From contig CASFXV010000007.1 of NCBI GenBank assembly GCA_949298795.1, positions 940 through 64,939 on the forward strand: 64,000 bases of DNA, given 5' to 3'. The stretch comes from an uncultured bacterium. GTDB lineage: Bacteria > Elusimicrobiota > Elusimicrobia > Elusimicrobiales > Elusimicrobiaceae. Positions 29,199 to 41,724 of the stretch are shown piece by piece; position 1 is the stretch's first letter, and each line of letters starts with the position of its first letter. A program made the position numbers and the translations under genes. The notes below the pieces were generated by a model. The model saw nothing but the letters and a program-made list of their open reading frames with translations. It was not told the DNA's origin and did no database searches.

Positions 29199-31301
29199 TT
29201 AGGCGGCCACTTTGTCAGCGGTTCTCTTCTCAATAATGGCTTTGGCCACGTTGGCAGGAACTTCAGCATAGTGGCTGGGTTCCATGGTGAACGAAGCACG
29301 GCCCTGAGACAAAGAGCGCACCGTAGTAGCATAACCGAACATCTCGGCCAGCGGCACTTCCGCGCGTACATAGCGCACGTTGCCGCGCACGCCCATTTCG
29401 CCAATTTGACCACGGCGGGAGCTCAAGTCACCAATAATATCCCCCAGGTTGGCTTCCGGAGCGACCACTTCTACTTTCATGATCGGTTCCAAAATAATGG
29501 GGGCGGCTTTCTTGGCGCCGTCTTTCAAGGCCATGGAAGCGGCGATTTTAAAGGCCATTTCGGAGGAGTCCACTTCGTGGAAGGACCCGTCGAACACGGC
29601 TACTTTAATATCCACCAACGGATAGCCGGCTATTGCGCCGTTATCCAACGCTTCGCGGCAGCCTTTTTCAATGGCAGGAATGTATTCTTTCGGAATGCGG
29701 CCCTGGGTAATTTCGTTAACGAATTCAAACCCTTTGCCTTTTTCCTGCGGTTCCAGGCGCAAGAACACGTGACCGTATTGACCACGTCCGCCGGACTGAC
29801 GCACGAATTTGGTTTCCTGTTCCACCGTCTTGGTGATGGTTTCGCGGTAGGCTACCTGCGGGGCGCCTACATTGGCTTGCACGTTAAATTCACGTTTCAT
29901 GCGGTCCACAATAATATCCAAGTGAAGTTCACCCATACCGGAAATTTCGGTCTGGCCGGTTTCTTCATTGGTGCGGACGCGGAAAGTTTGGTCTTCTTCC
30001 GCCAAGCGGGCCAACGCGTTGGACATTTTTTCTTCATCTTCCTTGGATTTCGGTTCCACCGCAATGGTGATAACCGGTTCAGGGAAGGTGATGCTTTCCA
30101 ACACAATCGGATGATCAGGCGCGCAGATGGTTTGACCCACGCGGGCGTTTTTAATAGCCACGGTGGCGGCAATTTCGCCGGCGCCCAATTCTTTTACTTC
30201 TTCGCGTTTATCGGCCATCATACGCATCATACGGCCGATGCGTTCCGTGGCGTTTTTGCCGGGGAACAACACCGTATCGCCCGCTTTCAGCGTGCCGGAA
30301 TAAATGCGGAAGAAGCTTAATTTACCCACAAACGGGTCCGTTTGAATTTTAAAGATAAGGCCGCAGAAAGGCTCTTTATTAGAGGCTTTGCGTTCTTCGG
30401 TATCACCGGTGTTGGGGTTGGTTCCTTTAATGGCGGGAACGTCTTCAGGAGAGGGAAGGTAATCGTTCACGCAGTCCAACAAGGGCTGTACGCCTTTGTT
30501 TTTGTAGGAAGAACCGCAAATAACCGGGAAGAACTTACCCGTAAGCGTACCCTTGCGGATCGCTTTCTTGATTTCTTCTACGGAGAAATTCGTCTCGCCG
30601 TTTAAGTAGCGTTCCATAATGGCTTCATCAAAATCGGCGATTTTTTCAATCATTTCCGTATGGGCTTTTTCAGCGGCTTCTTTCAAATCCGCCGGGATTT
30701 CCACTTCATTAAAGGTAGCGCCGTTGTGGTCGCCGTCCCAAATGACGGCTTTCATCTTTACCAAATCCACAATGCCCACAAATTTGTCTTCAGCGCCTAC
30801 CGGCAGCTGAATGGGGCAGGCGTTTCCGCCCAGTTTTTCTTTAATGGAATTGGCGGAGCGGATAAAATCGGCACCGATGCGGTCCATCTTGTTGATGTAG
30901 GCAATGCGGGGTACGCCGTATTTATCAGCCTGGCGCCATACGGTTTCAGATTGAGGTTCCACCCCCTGTACACCGTCAAAGCAGCACACGGCGCCGTCCA
31001 GAACGCGCAAAGAACGTTCCACTTCGGCGGTAAAGTCTACGTGGCCGGGGGTGTCAATGATGTTTAACTGGCAGTCTTTCCATACGCAGTAGATGGCGGC
31101 AGAAGTGATCGTAATGCCTCTTTCACGTTCCTGTTCCATCCAGTCCGTCACGGAAGCGCCGTCATGCGTTTCCCCGATTTTGTGCACTTTACCGGTGTAG
31201 TAAAGGATTCTTTCAGAGGTGGTGGTTTTACCCGCGTCAATATGCGCGATAATACCGATGTTTCTGATTTTATTTAAAGGGTAAGTTTTAAATTCGGCCA
31301 T
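29199..31301 (-). CDS. fusA: Elongation factor G
   Basis: [29 protein letters not shown] and GGRGQYGHV motifs. Confidence 0.99.
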   Translation of the reverse strand: MAEFKTYPLNKIRNIGIIAHIDAGKTTTSERILYYTGKVHKIGETHDGASVTDWMEQERERGITITSAAIYCVWKDCQLNIIDTPGHVDFTAEVERSLRVLDGAVCCFDGVQGVEPQSETVWRQADKYGVPRIAYINKMDRIGADFIRSANSIKEKLGGNACPIQLPVGAEDKFVGIVDLVKMKAVIWDGDHNGATFNEVEIPADLKEAAEKAHTEMIEKIADFDEAIMERYLNGETNFSVEEIKKAIRKGTLTGKFFPVICGSSYKNKGVQPLLDCVNDYLPSPEDVPAIKGTNPNTGDTEERKASNKEPFCGLIFKIQTDPFVGKLSFFRIYSGTLKAGDTVLFPGKNATERIGRMMRMMADKREEVKELGAGEIAATVAIKNARVGQTICAPDHPIVLESITFPEPVITIAVEPKSKEDEEKMSNALARLAEEDQTFRVRTNEETGQTEISGMGELHLDIIVDRMKREFNVQANVGAPQVAYRETITKTVEQETKFVRQSGGRGQYGHVFLRLEPQEKGKGFEFVNEITQGRIPKEYIPAIEKGCREALDNGAIAGYPLVDIKVAVFDGSFHEVDSSEMAFKIAASMALKDGAKKAAPIILEPIMKVEVVAPEANLGDIIGDLSSRRGQIGEMGVRGNVRYVRAEVPLAEMFGYATTVRSLSQGRASFTMEPSHYAEVPANVAKAIIEKRTADKVAA

Positions 31302-31314
31302 ATCTTATTCCCAA

Positions 31315-31794
31315 TTACCATTTAAAATGGGCAAAAGCGCGGTTGGCTTCGGCCATTTTATGCACGTCTTCTCTCTTCTTAAACGCGGTACCTTCTTTTT
31401 TGGAGCCCAAGATGATTTCTTCGGCCAGTTTTTCGGCCATCGGGCGGCCTTTGCGGCTTTGCGCAGCGCCAATTAACCAGCGCATAGCCAAAGAGGTGCT
31501 GCGAAGCGGTTTCACTTCCGTGGGAACCTGATACGTGGCACCGCCCACACGGCGGGCTTTTACTTCCACCAACGGGCGGACGTTTTCAATGCATTTGTTG
31601 AATACGTCCAAAGCGTTTTCTTTGGTTTTTTCGGCAATGATAGCCATGGCACCGTCCAAGATTTTCTCGGCGGTAGACGTCTTTCCTTCAAAATTTAATT
31701 TGTTAATGAACCGGGAAACCAACACGGAATTGTATTTAAAATCCGGTGCGGGTTGCGGTCTTCTGTCTCTGGGTCTTAAACCTTTTCTAGGCAT
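31315..31794 (-). CDS. rpsG: 30S ribosomal protein S7
   Basis: [11 protein letters not shown] and [12 protein letters not shown] motifs. Confidence 0.98.
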   Translation of the reverse strand: MPRKGLRPRDRRPQPAPDFKYNSVLVSRFINKLNFEGKTSTAEKILDGAMAIIAEKTKENALDVFNKCIENVRPLVEVKARRVGGATYQVPTEVKPLRSTSLAMRWLIGAAQSRKGRPMAEKLAEEIILGSKKEGTAFKKREDVHKMAEANRAFAHFKW

Positions 31795-31813
31795 ATTCTT
31801 CTAACTCCTGAAA

Positions 31814-32194
31814 TTATTTACCGGCCTTGGGTCTCTTTACGCCGTAAAGAGATCTGCCCTGTTTTCTGTTTTCCACGCCGGACGCGTCCAACGCGCCGCG
31901 GATGATGTGATAACGCACACCCGGCAAGTCTTTCACACGGCCGCCGCGCACGAGCACGATAGAGTGTTCCTGCAAGTTGTGGCCTTCTCCGGGAATATAA
32001 GCGGTGACTTCCATTTTAGAGGTCAGCTTCACGCGGGCAACCTTTCTTAAAGCAGAGTTAGGCTTTTTGGGGGTTGTGGTGTAAACACGGGTGCAAACGC
32101 CGCGTCTTTGCGGGCAAGCCTGCAACGCCGGGGATTTCGTTCTGTGAATTTCTTTCGCCCGTCCGTATTTTACTAATTGGTTTACTGTTGGCAT
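31814..32194 (-). CDS. rpsL: 30S ribosomal protein S12
   Basis: [11 protein letters not shown] and [10 protein letters not shown] motifs; start overlaps the rpoC stop (TAATG). Confidence 0.99.
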   Translation of the reverse strand: MPTVNQLVKYGRAKEIHRTKSPALQACPQRRGVCTRVYTTTPKKPNSALRKVARVKLTSKMEVTAYIPGEGHNLQEHSIVLVRGGRVKDLPGVRYHIIRGALDASGVENRKQGRSLYGVKRPKAGK

Positions 32195-35100
32195 TACTTC
32201 TCTCCTGTTTCTTTGCGTTTTTCTTCAAACTCTTCGGCTATCTGCCGAGCGGATATACCTGTACCCGCCGGGATCAAATGGCCTACAATTACGTTTTCTT
32301 TCAGGCCCTGCAATTCATCAACTTGGCCCGTGATTGCGGCATCCGTCAGGACTTTTGTCGTCTCCTGGAAGCTTGCCGCGGATATAAAGGATTCGGACGC
32401 TAAAGACGCTTTGCTGATACCCAAAAGGATGGTTTCGGCATCGGCCATGCGTTTGCCGGCTGCTTTCATTTTTGCGTTTTCACGCAGCCAGCTGGCGCGG
32501 CTGATGATTTCCCCTTTCAGGAAATGCGTGTCTCCCGCATCCAGAATTTTCACGTTCCCCAACATCTGACGGACAATAACCTCGATATGTCTGTCATTAA
32601 TCGTAACGCCCTGCAGTCTGTACACTTCCTGGATGGCGTTTAAAAGGAACTCTTGCGCTTCTTTATCACCTTTGACGCGCAATACATCATGCGGGTCAAT
32701 GGCGCCGTCGGTCAGGGCTTCGCCCACACCAACGTGGTCGCCTTCGTACACAACCAAGTGCTTCCCTTGCGGAATGCTGTATTGTTTGACCTGGTTGGTC
32801 TCTTCGTTGCGTACGACTACTTCAATCAAACCTTTGGGAGAGGTTTCCAAGCTGACGATGCCCTCAAACTCCGAAATAATAGCCGGGTTGCGGGGGCGGC
32901 GCGCTTCAAACAACTCCGCAATTCTGGGCAGACCGCCCGTGATGTCTTTGGTGCCGCCGGCTTCACGGCCGATCTTGGCTAAGACGTCTCCGGGTTCTAC
33001 CTCTTCGCCGCTTTCCACCATTAAAATGGTGTCAATAGGAAGCGGCAAGTTCATTTTGGAACCTTTTCCGTCAATGCTGATGCGCGGGTTCTTTTTACCC
33101 ATGCGGCTGGCAATAATTTTGCGTTCAATGACACCCGTCACTTTGTTGCGTTCTTCCTGCAGGGTGATACCTTCCACCACGTCAGTCAGTTTGACCGTGC
33201 CTTTCACTTCGGCAAGCACAGGAATGGAGTGCGGGTCCCATTCGGCCAGCAAGGTTCCTTTTTCCACGGTGGCTTTATCCGCGGTATAAACGGAAGCCCC
33301 GTATTGAATCTTATATTCTTTTATTGTACCATTTCCGGCCTCTACAAAGATAGAGCCATTTCTGGAAATACAAATTTTGTTGTCGTAGCGGTTGGTAATC
33401 AGTTTTACGTCTTTAAACGTTACTTTACCGGAAATTTCCGCCACCGCCTGGGAGCGGGACAACACGCGCGACGCCGTACCACCGATGTGGAAAGTACGCA
33501 GCGTTAACTGGGTACCCGGTTCACCAATGGACTGGGCCGCAATGATACCCACGGAATCGCCGGGGTTGCTTTTGCTGGCCGTAGCCAAAGACAAACCATA
33601 GCAGCGGGCGCATACGCCGTAGGGCGCTTCGCAGGTAAGTACGGAGCGGATGCGTACGGATTCCACCCCATATTTCTTTACCAGTTTGCTCTGCTCCAGG
33701 TTGATTAAATCGCCTTCTTTGATGATGGTCAAGTCTTTGCCGTCTTTGGTTTTGACTACCACATCTCCCAAGCTGGTGCGGCCCAAAATACGTTCTTCAA
33801 TGGGTTCCACCATGTCTTCCCCGCTCATCAAGGATTTGACTACAATCCCGTTATGGGTGCCGCAGTCTTCTTCCGTAATTACTACGTTGTGGGCTACGTC
33901 CACCAAGCGGCGGGTTAAGTAACCGGCGTCGGCCGTTTTTAAAGCCGTATCGGACAAACCTTTACGACCGCCGTGCGTGGAAATAAAGTATTCCAACACG
34001 GACAAGCCTTCGCGGAAGTTGGCGGTAATCGGGTTTTCAATAATTTCACCCTGGCCGCCGGTAAGTTTCTTCTGCGGTTTAGCCATCAAACCGCGCATAC
34101 CGGCCAGCTGGCGCACCTGCTGGCGGGAACCGCGGGCGCCGGAATCCGCCATCATGTAGACGGAGTTAAAGCGCTGGCCGCTGTGTTCTTTGTTGGCAGG
34201 GTCATATTTGGAATCTTCAAACTTTTTCATTTCTTTGAAGAGCTCCGCGCCCACGTCATCGGTAACGCGGGTCCAAATATCAATGACTTTGTTATAACGT
34301 TCGCCTTCCGTAATGATACCCGCTTCCGCCTGGGCCTGAATTTGGGCCACTTGTTTTTTGGCGTCCGCGATGTATTTTTGTTTGGCGGCGGGAATGGTCA
34401 TATCCGCAACGGAGATGGACAAGCCGGATTTAGTGGCATAGCTGTAACCCATCTTCATGATGTTGTCCAAAAGCTGCACGGCGGCGTAGCGGCCGTACTT
34501 TTTACTCTTGTAGCATTCATCCACCAAAGAGGCCAATACTTTTTTATCAACGGTTTTGTTGATGTATTCCCAACCTTCCGGCATCACTTGGTTGAAAATA
34601 ATGCGGCCTACGGAAGTGAAATCTTTCCATTTGGAAGCGTCGGCTTCTTCTTCGGGTTTTAAGCCGGGTTCAGGAATGGCGTTAATCCCGCGCACTTTAA
34701 TTTTGGCGTGCAGGGAAAGTTTGCCGTATTCCAAAGCCACCAAGGCTTCTTCCTTACTGCCGAAAATGGAGCCTTCCCCGATATCTCCGTCTTTAATGGT
34801 GGTAATAAAGTTAATACCCAGTACCATATCGTGGGACGGGGTGGCTATCGGCTTGCCGGAAGCGGGCGACAAAATATTGTTGGAAGCCAACATCAAAGAA
34901 CGCGCTTCCATCTGCGCTTCCAAAGAAAGCGGCACGTGAACGGCCATCTGGTCACCGTCAAAGTCAGCGTTGAAAGCGGCGCAGGTAAGCGGATGCAGCT
35001 GTATGGCTTTCCCTTCAATCAGCACCGGTTCAAACGCCTGGATACCCAAGCGGTGCAAGGTGGGGGCGCGGTTTAAAAGGACCGGGTGGTTTTTGGTTAC

Positions 35101-36357
35101 TTTTTCCAAAATATCCCAGATTTCCGGGCGGACGCGCTCCAACATTTTCTTGGCGGATTTGAGGGTAACCCCTTCCTTCTTCATCAGTTCGCCAATGATA
35201 AACGGTTTAAAAAGTTCCAGCGCCATCAGTTTGGGCAAACCGCACTGGTGCAGTTTCAAGTTCGGGCCTACCACGATAACGGAACGGCCGGAATAGTCCA
35301 CGCGTTTACCCAGCAGGTTTTGGCGGAAACGCCCGTGTTTGCCTTTAATGCTGTCAGACAAAGATTTAAGCGGTCTGCCGCCGGGCCCAATGAAAAACTT
35401 GCCGCGGGCGCCGTTTTCAATCAAAGCGTCCACCGCTTCCTGCAGGAGGCGTTTTTCGTTGTAAATCATCACTTCCGGTGCGCGCAAAGATTCAATGTGT
35501 TTCAAGCGGTTGTTGCGGTTGATGATGCGGCGGTACAGGTCGTTTAAGTCAGACGCGGCAAAACGGCCGCCATCCAGCGGAACGAGCGGGCGCAAATCCG
35601 GCGGGATAACAGGCAGTACGCTCATAATCATCCATTCCGGGCGGTTGCCGCTTTCTTTAAACTCTTCCATCGTTTTAATGCGGCGGATGAGTTTGGTGCG
35701 TTCCAATTCGCTTTGCGTGTTTTTCAGCTGTTCGTGCAAAGCGGGAATTTCTTTATCAAAATCAATGTCTTCCAGCAGCTTTTTAATGGCCGGGGCGCCG
35801 ATGTCCACTTTCAAGCGGGAGCCGTGTTTTTTGCGGGCTTCGCGCACTTGAACGTCGGAAAGCAAGGTGCCTTTTTTATAATCCGTACGGCCGGTTACGC
35901 TGTCCACGCAGTCTTCTATCACCACATAAGCGGCATAATAGACCACGCGTTCCAAATCCGTGGTGCGCATATCCAAAATAATACCGATGCGGGACGGATT
36001 TTTGCGTAAAAACCATACGTGGGCCACCGGCACGGCCAGTTCAATATGGCCCATGCGTTCACGGCGCACTTTGGATTCGGTAATTTCCACGCCGCAGCGG
36101 TCGCACTGAATGCCTTTGAATTTTACCCAGCGGTATTTGCCGCAGGCGCATTCATAATCTTTGGTCGGCCCGAAAATGCGTTCGCAGAACAGACCGTCAC
36201 GCTCCGGTTTGAGCGTGCGGTAATTGATGGTTTCCGGTTTTTTTACTTCCCCGTAAGACCAGGACAGAATCTGTTCCGGGCTGGCAATGCCCAACTTAAT
36301 GGCATCAAAGTCAAAGAAATTTAATTCGCTAAGTTTTTTCACTTTTTTCGTTTGCAT
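32194..36357 (-). CDS. rpoC: RNA polymerase beta' subunit
   Basis: Catalytic [12 protein letters not shown] motif and Zn ribbon CACGKY..CDRC; ATG at 36357 with GGAG RBS. Confidence 0.99.
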   Translation of the reverse strand: MQTKKVKKLSELNFFDFDAIKLGIASPEQILSWSYGEVKKPETINYRTLKPERDGLFCERIFGPTKDYECACGKYRWVKFKGIQCDRCGVEITESKVRRERMGHIELAVPVAHVWFLRKNPSRIGIILDMRTTDLERVVYYAAYVVIEDCVDSVTGRTDYKKGTLLSDVQVREARKKHGSRLKVDIGAPAIKKLLEDIDFDKEIPALHEQLKNTQSELERTKLIRRIKTMEEFKESGNRPEWMIMSVLPVIPPDLRPLVPLDGGRFAASDLNDLYRRIINRNNRLKHIESLRAPEVMIYNEKRLLQEAVDALIENGARGKFFIGPGGRPLKSLSDSIKGKHGRFRQNLLGKRVDYSGRSVIVVGPNLKLHQCGLPKLMALELFKPFIIGELMKKEGVTLKSAKKMLERVRPEIWDILEKVTKNHPVLLNRAPTLHRLGIQAFEPVLIEGKAIQLHPLTCAAFNADFDGDQMAVHVPLSLEAQMEARSLMLASNNILSPASGKPIATPSHDMVLGINFITTIKDGDIGEGSIFGSKEEALVALEYGKLSLHAKIKVRGINAIPEPGLKPEEEADASKWKDFTSVGRIIFNQVMPEGWEYINKTVDKKVLASLVDECYKSKKYGRYAAVQLLDNIMKMGYSYATKSGLSISVADMTIPAAKQKYIADAKKQVAQIQAQAEAGIITEGERYNKVIDIWTRVTDDVGAELFKEMKKFEDSKYDPANKEHSGQRFNSVYMMADSGARGSRQQVRQLAGMRGLMAKPQKKLTGGQGEIIENPITANFREGLSVLEYFISTHGGRKGLSDTALKTADAGYLTRRLVDVAHNVVITEEDCGTHNGIVVKSLMSGEDMVEPIEERILGRTSLGDVVVKTKDGKDLTIIKEGDLINLEQSKLVKKYGVESVRIRSVLTCEAPYGVCARCYGLSLATASKSNPGDSVGIIAAQSIGEPGTQLTLRTFHIGGTASRVLSRSQAVAEISGKVTFKDVKLITNRYDNKICISRNGSIFVEAGNGTIKEYKIQYGASVYTADKATVEKGTLLAEWDPHSIPVLAEVKGTVKLTDVVEGITLQEERNKVTGVIERKIIASRMGKKNPRISIDGKGSKMNLPLPIDTILMVESGEEVEPGDVLAKIGREAGGTKDITGGLPRIAELFEARRPRNPAIISEFEGIVSLETSPKGLIEVVVRNEETNQVKQYSIPQGKHLVVYEGDHVGVGEALTDGAIDPHDVLRVKGDKEAQEFLLNAIQEVYRLQGVTINDRHIEVIVRQMLGNVKILDAGDTHFLKGEIISRASWLRENAKMKAAGKRMADAETILLGISKASLASESFISAASFQETTKVLTDAAITGQVDELQGLKENVIVGHLIPAGTGISARQIAEEFEEKRKETGEK

Positions 36358-36375
36358 GTTCAAAAGCTCCGAACG

Positions 36376-39300
36376 CTATTTCGTAACGTCTTGCGCCTCT
36401 GCGGGGGCGTCTTGTTTAGCCTCTTCTACTTTCTCTGAGGCGCAAGGCGCGGCGGCCGCGCCTTCTTCGTCCACTTTTTTCAGCAAGTCTACGCTTAAGC
36501 CCAAAGCCTGTAATTCTTTAATCAATACTTTAAACGATTCAGGCACGCCGGGCTGGGCGGGGGCTTCCCCTTTGACGATGGATTCATACATCTTGGTGCG
36601 TCCCACAAAATCGTCAGACTTGACGGTCAAAAATTCCTGCAGCGTGTAGGTGGCGCCGTAACCTTCAATGGCCCACACTTCCATTTCACCGAAACGCTGA
36701 CCGCCGAACTGCGCTTTACCGCCTAACGGCTGGCGCGTAATTAAGCTGTAAGGACCGGTGGAACGGGCGTGTACTTTGTCTTCCACCAAGTGAATCAGTT
36801 TGAGCATATACATGTAACCAATGGTTACTTTTTCTTCAAACGGTTCACCGGTGCGGCCGTCGTACAAGGTGATGCGGCAGTAATCATCCGGCAGGTACTT
36901 GGCGGCGTATTCTTCACGCGCTTTGCCGGTAAGGCCTTTATCGTCCAGAATTTTTTCTTTGGCTTTTTTGATTTGTTCCACCACTTCCGCTTCGCTGGGG
37001 CCGTCAAACACCGGGGTGGCGGCATTGTAATGCAAGTGATGCGCCGCCCAGCCCAGCATGGTTTCTAACAGCTGGCCCACGTTCATACGGGAAGGAATAC
37101 CCAACGGGGAAAGCACCACGTCTAACGGTGTGCCGTCCGGCAGGAAGGGCATGTCCTCTTCCGGCAAGATGCGAGCCACAATCCCTTTGTTACCGTGGCG
37201 GCCGGACATTTTGTCCCCTACGTGCAGTTTGCGTTTGGAAGCGATGAACACTTTAACGGATTTGTTTACCGTTACGCCCAGTTCGTCGCCTTGTTTGGAA
37301 AATTCAATTTCGCGCGCGTAATGTTCTTCGGCCTTTTTCTCCATCAGTTTATACAAGGCGGTTAAGCGGGCTTCTTCTTTCTTATAGTCCGCTTCTTTTT
37401 TGATGGTTTCTTTGGCGTTGGCCAAAGCGCGTTTGCGCTGTTCTTTTAAGAGTTCCAACGTGGAATTCTTTTCATCTTCCAGCGCTTTCAAGCGGGCTTT
37501 TTCTTCCGCTTTGGTCAGCTTTTCTTTGCGCACAAATACGCGGGTGCCCACTACTTTGCCGCTGGTGCCCGGAGGCACGCGCAAGGAAGCGTCCACCACG
37601 TCGTCCGCCTTTTTGCCGAAGATGACTTTCAACAGTCTTTCTTCCGGCGTAAGCTGCTGTTCCCCTTTCGGGGTGACTTTACCCACTAAAATATCACCGG
37701 GTTCCACCACCGTGGCCGGCAGCACAATGCCGTCATTGTCCAGGTGAGAGAGCGCTTCCGCGCCGATGTTGGGAATATCGCGGGTAATTTCTTCCGCCCC
37801 TAATTTGGTGTTGCGGGCGTCCACCGTAAATTCATGCAGGTGGATGGAAGTAAATAAATCATCTTTTACCAAACGGCTGGAAACCAAGATGGCGTCTTCG
37901 TAGTTATACCCTTCCCAGCACATAAAGCCCACTAACAGGTTGCGGCCTAAAGCCAGGTAACCGTTGTCCATAGCCGGGCCGTCACCCAATACTTGTCCGG
38001 CGGCTACTTTGTCACCGGTGTGCACAATGGGGTGCTGGTTAATGCAGGTATCTTGGTTGGAGCGTTTGTATTTCAATAATTCATACACGTCGTTGGAACC
38101 GTCTTTGGTTTGCACGATGATTTTGGAAGCGTCGGCAAATTGCACCACGCCGGCATGCTTAGCCACCACAGCGGTACCGGAGTCACGCGCCACTTCGTGT
38201 TCAATGCCGGTACCCACGTAAGGGGCTTCCGTAATGAGCAGGGGCACGCCCTGGCGTTGCATGTTACAACCCATGAGCGCGCGGTTGGCGTCATCGTGTT
38301 CCAAGAACGGGATTAACGCGGCCGATACGCTGATAACCTGCAAGGGGGACACGTCCATATAGTCCACCTCTTTGGGGGTAACGAGCGGATAGTCCGAGCG
38401 GACGCGGCCCTGTACACGTTCCGCCGTTATTTTGCCGTTCTTGTCCATAGGCGTATTGGCCTGGGCTACAAATTTATCGTCTTCTTCATCGGCGGTTAAG
38501 GTTTCAATTTGGTCTGTTACTTTGCCGTTTTCCACTTTGCGGTACGGGGTTTCAATCAAACCGAATTTATTGACTTTGGAATAGCACGCCAAAGAAGTGA
38601 TCAAACCGATGTTCGGGCCTTCCGGGGTTTCAATGGGGCACACGCGGCCATAGTGCGTATAGTGCACGTCGCGCACTTCAAAGCCGGCGCGCTTTCTGTT
38701 TAAACCGCCGGGGCCTAAAGCGGAAAGTCTGCGTTTGTGGGTCAATTCGCCCAAGGGGTTAATTTGATCCATAAACTGGGACAGCTGGGACGTACCAAAG
38801 AATTTGCGGATAATGGCCTGTACCGGCTGAGCGTTTACCAACGCGCGGGGCGTAAAAGAAGTCAGCTCGCGGTTCATGCGGTCCCGCGCGGTTTTGGCCA
38901 TTTGGGAAAGGCCTACGCGGATTTGGTTTTCCAACAATTCCCCAATCCCGCGGATACGGCGGTTGCCCAAGTGGTCAATATCGTCCACTTTAAAGGTCAT
39001 GTCGTCCCCGTACATCTTTTGGGCGTCTTCACCGGCGTTTAGGGCCAGCAGATATTTCACGGTTACGATAATATCTTCCGGCGCCAGCGTGCGGCGTTTT
39101 TCAGACGGCATGGTGAATTTTTTAAATTTATATTTGCTGATTAAGTCAAACATTTTGTGGAACTTTTTGTTAATTTTGTAGCGTCCCACAAAGCTCAGGT
39201 CATAACGGCGGATGTTGTCAAAAATCAAGTTGTTAAGGAACGTTTCCGCCTGTTCTTTTACCACAAAGTCCTGCCCTCTCATCTTTTTGTAAATTTCAGC

Positions 39301-40242
39301 TTGGGCTTCGGCCGCGGTGCGGATGGAATCCTTGCGGTGTTCCAAGGTGGCTAAGATACCGGGGTCGTCCTGACGGGGTTTGCCGGAAATGACTTTAATG
39401 GTTTTTACTTTCTTTTCAATTAAGGTTTTAAACAGTTTGTCGTCAATAGGAAGGGTGGCCTTGTCGTCCAAGTTCCACAACACTTCGCCGGTGGCCGGAT
39501 CGTAAATATCATCCGCGGCGTAACGGCCGATGACGTTTTCAATAGCGCTGGGTTTGACTTCCACATCTTCGCAGTTATAGAAAGTTTGGATAATCTGTGC
39601 GTTGGTTTCCAAACCGCAGGCGCGAAGGAACGTGGAGGCTAACACTTTTTTCTTGCGGTCAATGCGGACCCACAAAGCGTTCATCAAGTCAAAGGAAAAT
39701 TCAATCCAGGCGCCGCGGTACGGAATAATGCGCGCCACATACAAGCGTTTACCAAAGGTGGACTGTTTTTTCTCTTCGTCTTCTTCAAAAATAATACCCG
39801 GGGAGCGGTGCATCTGGCTTACCACCACGCGTTCCGCGCCGTTGTATACAAAGCAGCCCGCGTCCGTCATTAAAGGCACGTCGCACAATACGACGTCCTG
39901 ATCGGACGCTTCTTTCATTTTTCCGTTTTTCTGTTTTACGTACAAGCGCAGCAACGCTTTAAGCGGGGCGGAATAAGTACTGTCACGCACGGCGGCTTCC
40001 GTCGGCGTGGCATAACGCGGGGTGCCAAATTCGTATTTTAAAAATTCAAGTCTCATGCTCCCGTCGGGGGCTTCAATAGGGAAAACGTCCTCAAACGCGG
40101 CCTGCAGGCCTTTTAACTCTCTCTTGGAGGGAGAGACGTCTAACTGCAAAAAGTCTTTAAAAGACTGTTTTTGCATGTCTAATAAATCGGGTAAAGGGAG
40201 CTTGGTAGAGATTTTGCCGAAATTTGTTTGCTTTTCAATCAT
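36376..40242 (-). CDS. rpoB: RNA polymerase beta subunit
   Basis: SQLSQFMDQ, GDKMSGRHGNKG and GGQRFGEMEVWA motifs. Start placed at MIEKQ. Confidence 0.99.
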   Translation of the reverse strand: MIEKQTNFGKISTKLPLPDLLDMQKQSFKDFLQLDVSPSKRELKGLQAAFEDVFPIEAPDGSMRLEFLKYEFGTPRYATPTEAAVRDSTYSAPLKALLRLYVKQKNGKMKEASDQDVVLCDVPLMTDAGCFVYNGAERVVVSQMHRSPGIIFEEDEEKKQSTFGKRLYVARIIPYRGAWIEFSFDLMNALWVRIDRKKKVLASTFLRACGLETNAQIIQTFYNCEDVEVKPSAIENVIGRYAADDIYDPATGEVLWNLDDKATLPIDDKLFKTLIEKKVKTIKVISGKPRQDDPGILATLEHRKDSIRTAAEAQAEIYKKMRGQDFVVKEQAETFLNNLIFDNIRRYDLSFVGRYKINKKFHKMFDLISKYKFKKFTMPSEKRRTLAPEDIIVTVKYLLALNAGEDAQKMYGDDMTFKVDDIDHLGNRRIRGIGELLENQIRVGLSQMAKTARDRMNRELTSFTPRALVNAQPVQAIIRKFFGTSQLSQFMDQINPLGELTHKRRLSALGPGGLNRKRAGFEVRDVHYTHYGRVCPIETPEGPNIGLITSLACYSKVNKFGLIETPYRKVENGKVTDQIETLTADEEDDKFVAQANTPMDKNGKITAERVQGRVRSDYPLVTPKEVDYMDVSPLQVISVSAALIPFLEHDDANRALMGCNMQRQGVPLLITEAPYVGTGIEHEVARDSGTAVVAKHAGVVQFADASKIIVQTKDGSNDVYELLKYKRSNQDTCINQHPIVHTGDKVAAGQVLGDGPAMDNGYLALGRNLLVGFMCWEGYNYEDAILVSSRLVKDDLFTSIHLHEFTVDARNTKLGAEEITRDIPNIGAEALSHLDNDGIVLPATVVEPGDILVGKVTPKGEQQLTPEERLLKVIFGKKADDVVDASLRVPPGTSGKVVGTRVFVRKEKLTKAEEKARLKALEDEKNSTLELLKEQRKRALANAKETIKKEADYKKEEARLTALYKLMEKKAEEHYAREIEFSKQGDELGVTVNKSVKVFIASKRKLHVGDKMSGRHGNKGIVARILPEEDMPFLPDGTPLDVVLSPLGIPSRMNVGQLLETMLGWAAHHLHYNAATPVFDGPSEAEVVEQIKKAKEKILDDKGLTGKAREEYAAKYLPDDYCRITLYDGRTGEPFEEKVTIGYMYMLKLIHLVEDKVHARSTGPYSLITRQPLGGKAQFGGQRFGEMEVWAIEGYGATYTLQEFLTVKSDDFVGRTKMYESIVKGEAPAQPGVPESFKVLIKELQALGLSVDLLKKVDEEGAAAAPCASEKVEEAKQDAPAEAQDVTK

Positions 40243-40404
40243 TTTGCCAATATCCTGCTGCTTTTTGGAAGTCAGCCCGTTTGCCGTTTTCCACGCACAA
40301 GGAAAACCAAACCGGCTGCTTAAATACCCCATACGCCCTGGGGGTACGCAAGCCCCGGCCCCGTTTTTACACGGGGCAAGGGCTTAAATAATACCGTTGT
40401 TGAA

Positions 40405-40791
40405 CTATTTGAGTTCTACGGTGCCGCCGGCTTCGGTGATTTTCTTTTTCAGTTCTTCAGCTTCAGCTTTGGCAACGTTTTCTTTTACGGCTTTCGGGGC
40501 GCCTTCAACCAAGTCTTTGGCTTCTTTCAAGCCCAAGCCGGTGATTTCGCGCACCACTTTGATTACGCCGATTTTCTTGGCGGCGTCAACAGCGGTCAAC
40601 ACAACGTTGAATTCGTCTTTTTCTTCAGCGGCAGCGGCACCGGCAGCAGCAGGAGCAGCGGCAACGGCCACAGCGGGAGCGGCGGCCTTTACGCCGAATT
40701 TTTCTTCAATAGCTTTCACGAGTTCGGAAAGTTCCAGAACGGTGAGTTCAGCAATAGCGTTTACTAATTCTTCTTTGGTCAATTTAGCCAT
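40405..40791 (-). CDS. rplL: 50S ribosomal protein L7/L12
   Basis: Ala-rich hinge and [19 protein letters not shown] motif. Confidence 0.98.
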   Translation of the reverse strand: MAKLTKEELVNAIAELTVLELSELVKAIEEKFGVKAAAPAVAVAAAPAAAGAAAAEEKDEFNVVLTAVDAAKKIGVIKVVREITGLGLKEAKDLVEGAPKAVKENVAKAEAEELKKKITEAGGTVELK

Positions 40792-41048
40792 TTTATTTTT
40801 TTCCTTATTTCTTAGAGTAGCTGCCTTCTGCGTGGGCCGTGCCCACGCCCGTGCATTTATCCTTTCGGGCTACTACCGCACTTTGGCGGGTTTAGATTTG
40901 GTTTACACAGCCGGGCTTAGCAAGCCCGCCGGTTCTTTGGGCTTAGGCAACATACGCCGGATAAACGCCGCCGTATTTATACCTAAACAAGCCCAAAAAA
41001 CCATAACCGCCCGGTTGAAGTTGTCCCCAACCCGGCAGGCTGCACGCC

Positions 41049-41576
41049 TTATTTGCCGTTTTGTTTGTCTTCCACGGCTTTGATGACGTAAGCCAAATCC
41101 CGTAACGGAGCTTGCAGGACTTGAGCGGACTGCGCAACCGCGCTGTAAAGCGCGCCGGCCAGCTTGGAGAGGTTTTCTTCCTTGGTACCAATGGTAGCCA
41201 ATTGTTTTACCTGGTCTTCGCTGTACCAAACGCCGTCCGAATAACAAGCTCTGAGCTTCAAAGCCGCAAATTTCTTTTGGAAATCCACCAGCGCTTTGGC
41301 CACGGCGGCAATATCACCGCCTACGGCAATCGCCGTGGGCCCTTGGAAGAGCTTGGCGTCCGCGCCTTCAATTTTAGCCTGGCTGATGGCGTGTTCCACG
41401 ATGGAGTTGCGTTCCACACGGAATTTAGCTCCCGTGGGGCGCAGCTGCGCGCGCAGTTCAGCCATATCCACGAACTTCAAGCCTTGATAGGCCGTGAAGA
41501 ACAGGGTGCCGGCTTCTTGAATTTCCTGAGATAAGTCTTGCGACTTTTGTTTCTTTTGGTCTTTGGTCAGGTTCAT
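41049..41576 (-). CDS. rplJ: 50S ribosomal protein L10
   Basis: YQGL..ELRAQLR and FQGPTAIA motifs; directly upstream of rplL. Confidence 0.92.
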   Translation of the reverse strand: MNLTKDQKKQKSQDLSQEIQEAGTLFFTAYQGLKFVDMAELRAQLRPTGAKFRVERNSIVEHAISQAKIEGADAKLFQGPTAIAVGGDIAAVAKALVDFQKKFAALKLRACYSDGVWYSEDQVKQLATIGTKEENLSKLAGALYSAVAQSAQVLQAPLRDLAYVIKAVEDKQNGK

Positions 41577-41724
41577 TTTTTTGCCTGTATTACTGCAAAA
41601 CGCCTGCGCGTTTTTCCCTATTTTTAGACAGAGAAAACGACAGCCAAGGACACCCCTTCCCTACGGTTTCCCGTCGGAGGATGTCTTGGTATGCGTTTTG
41701 GTAAATCGGTTTGTTGCTTCTATT

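Noticed and set aside
38700-38800. RpoB rifampicin region with Gly at the E. coli S522 position (NPLGELTHK)
   Set aside because: This position varies naturally between taxa, and Q513, D516, H526 and S531 are intact; no resistance claim is supportable.
40397-41083. 228-aa ORF overlapping rplL and the spacer
   Set aside because: Its translation is the antisense reading of rplL; a shadow ORF.
40903-41247. ORFs crossing the rplJ-rplL spacer
   Set aside because: They overlap rplJ out of frame and lack an RBS or motifs; RNA structure explains the spacer better.
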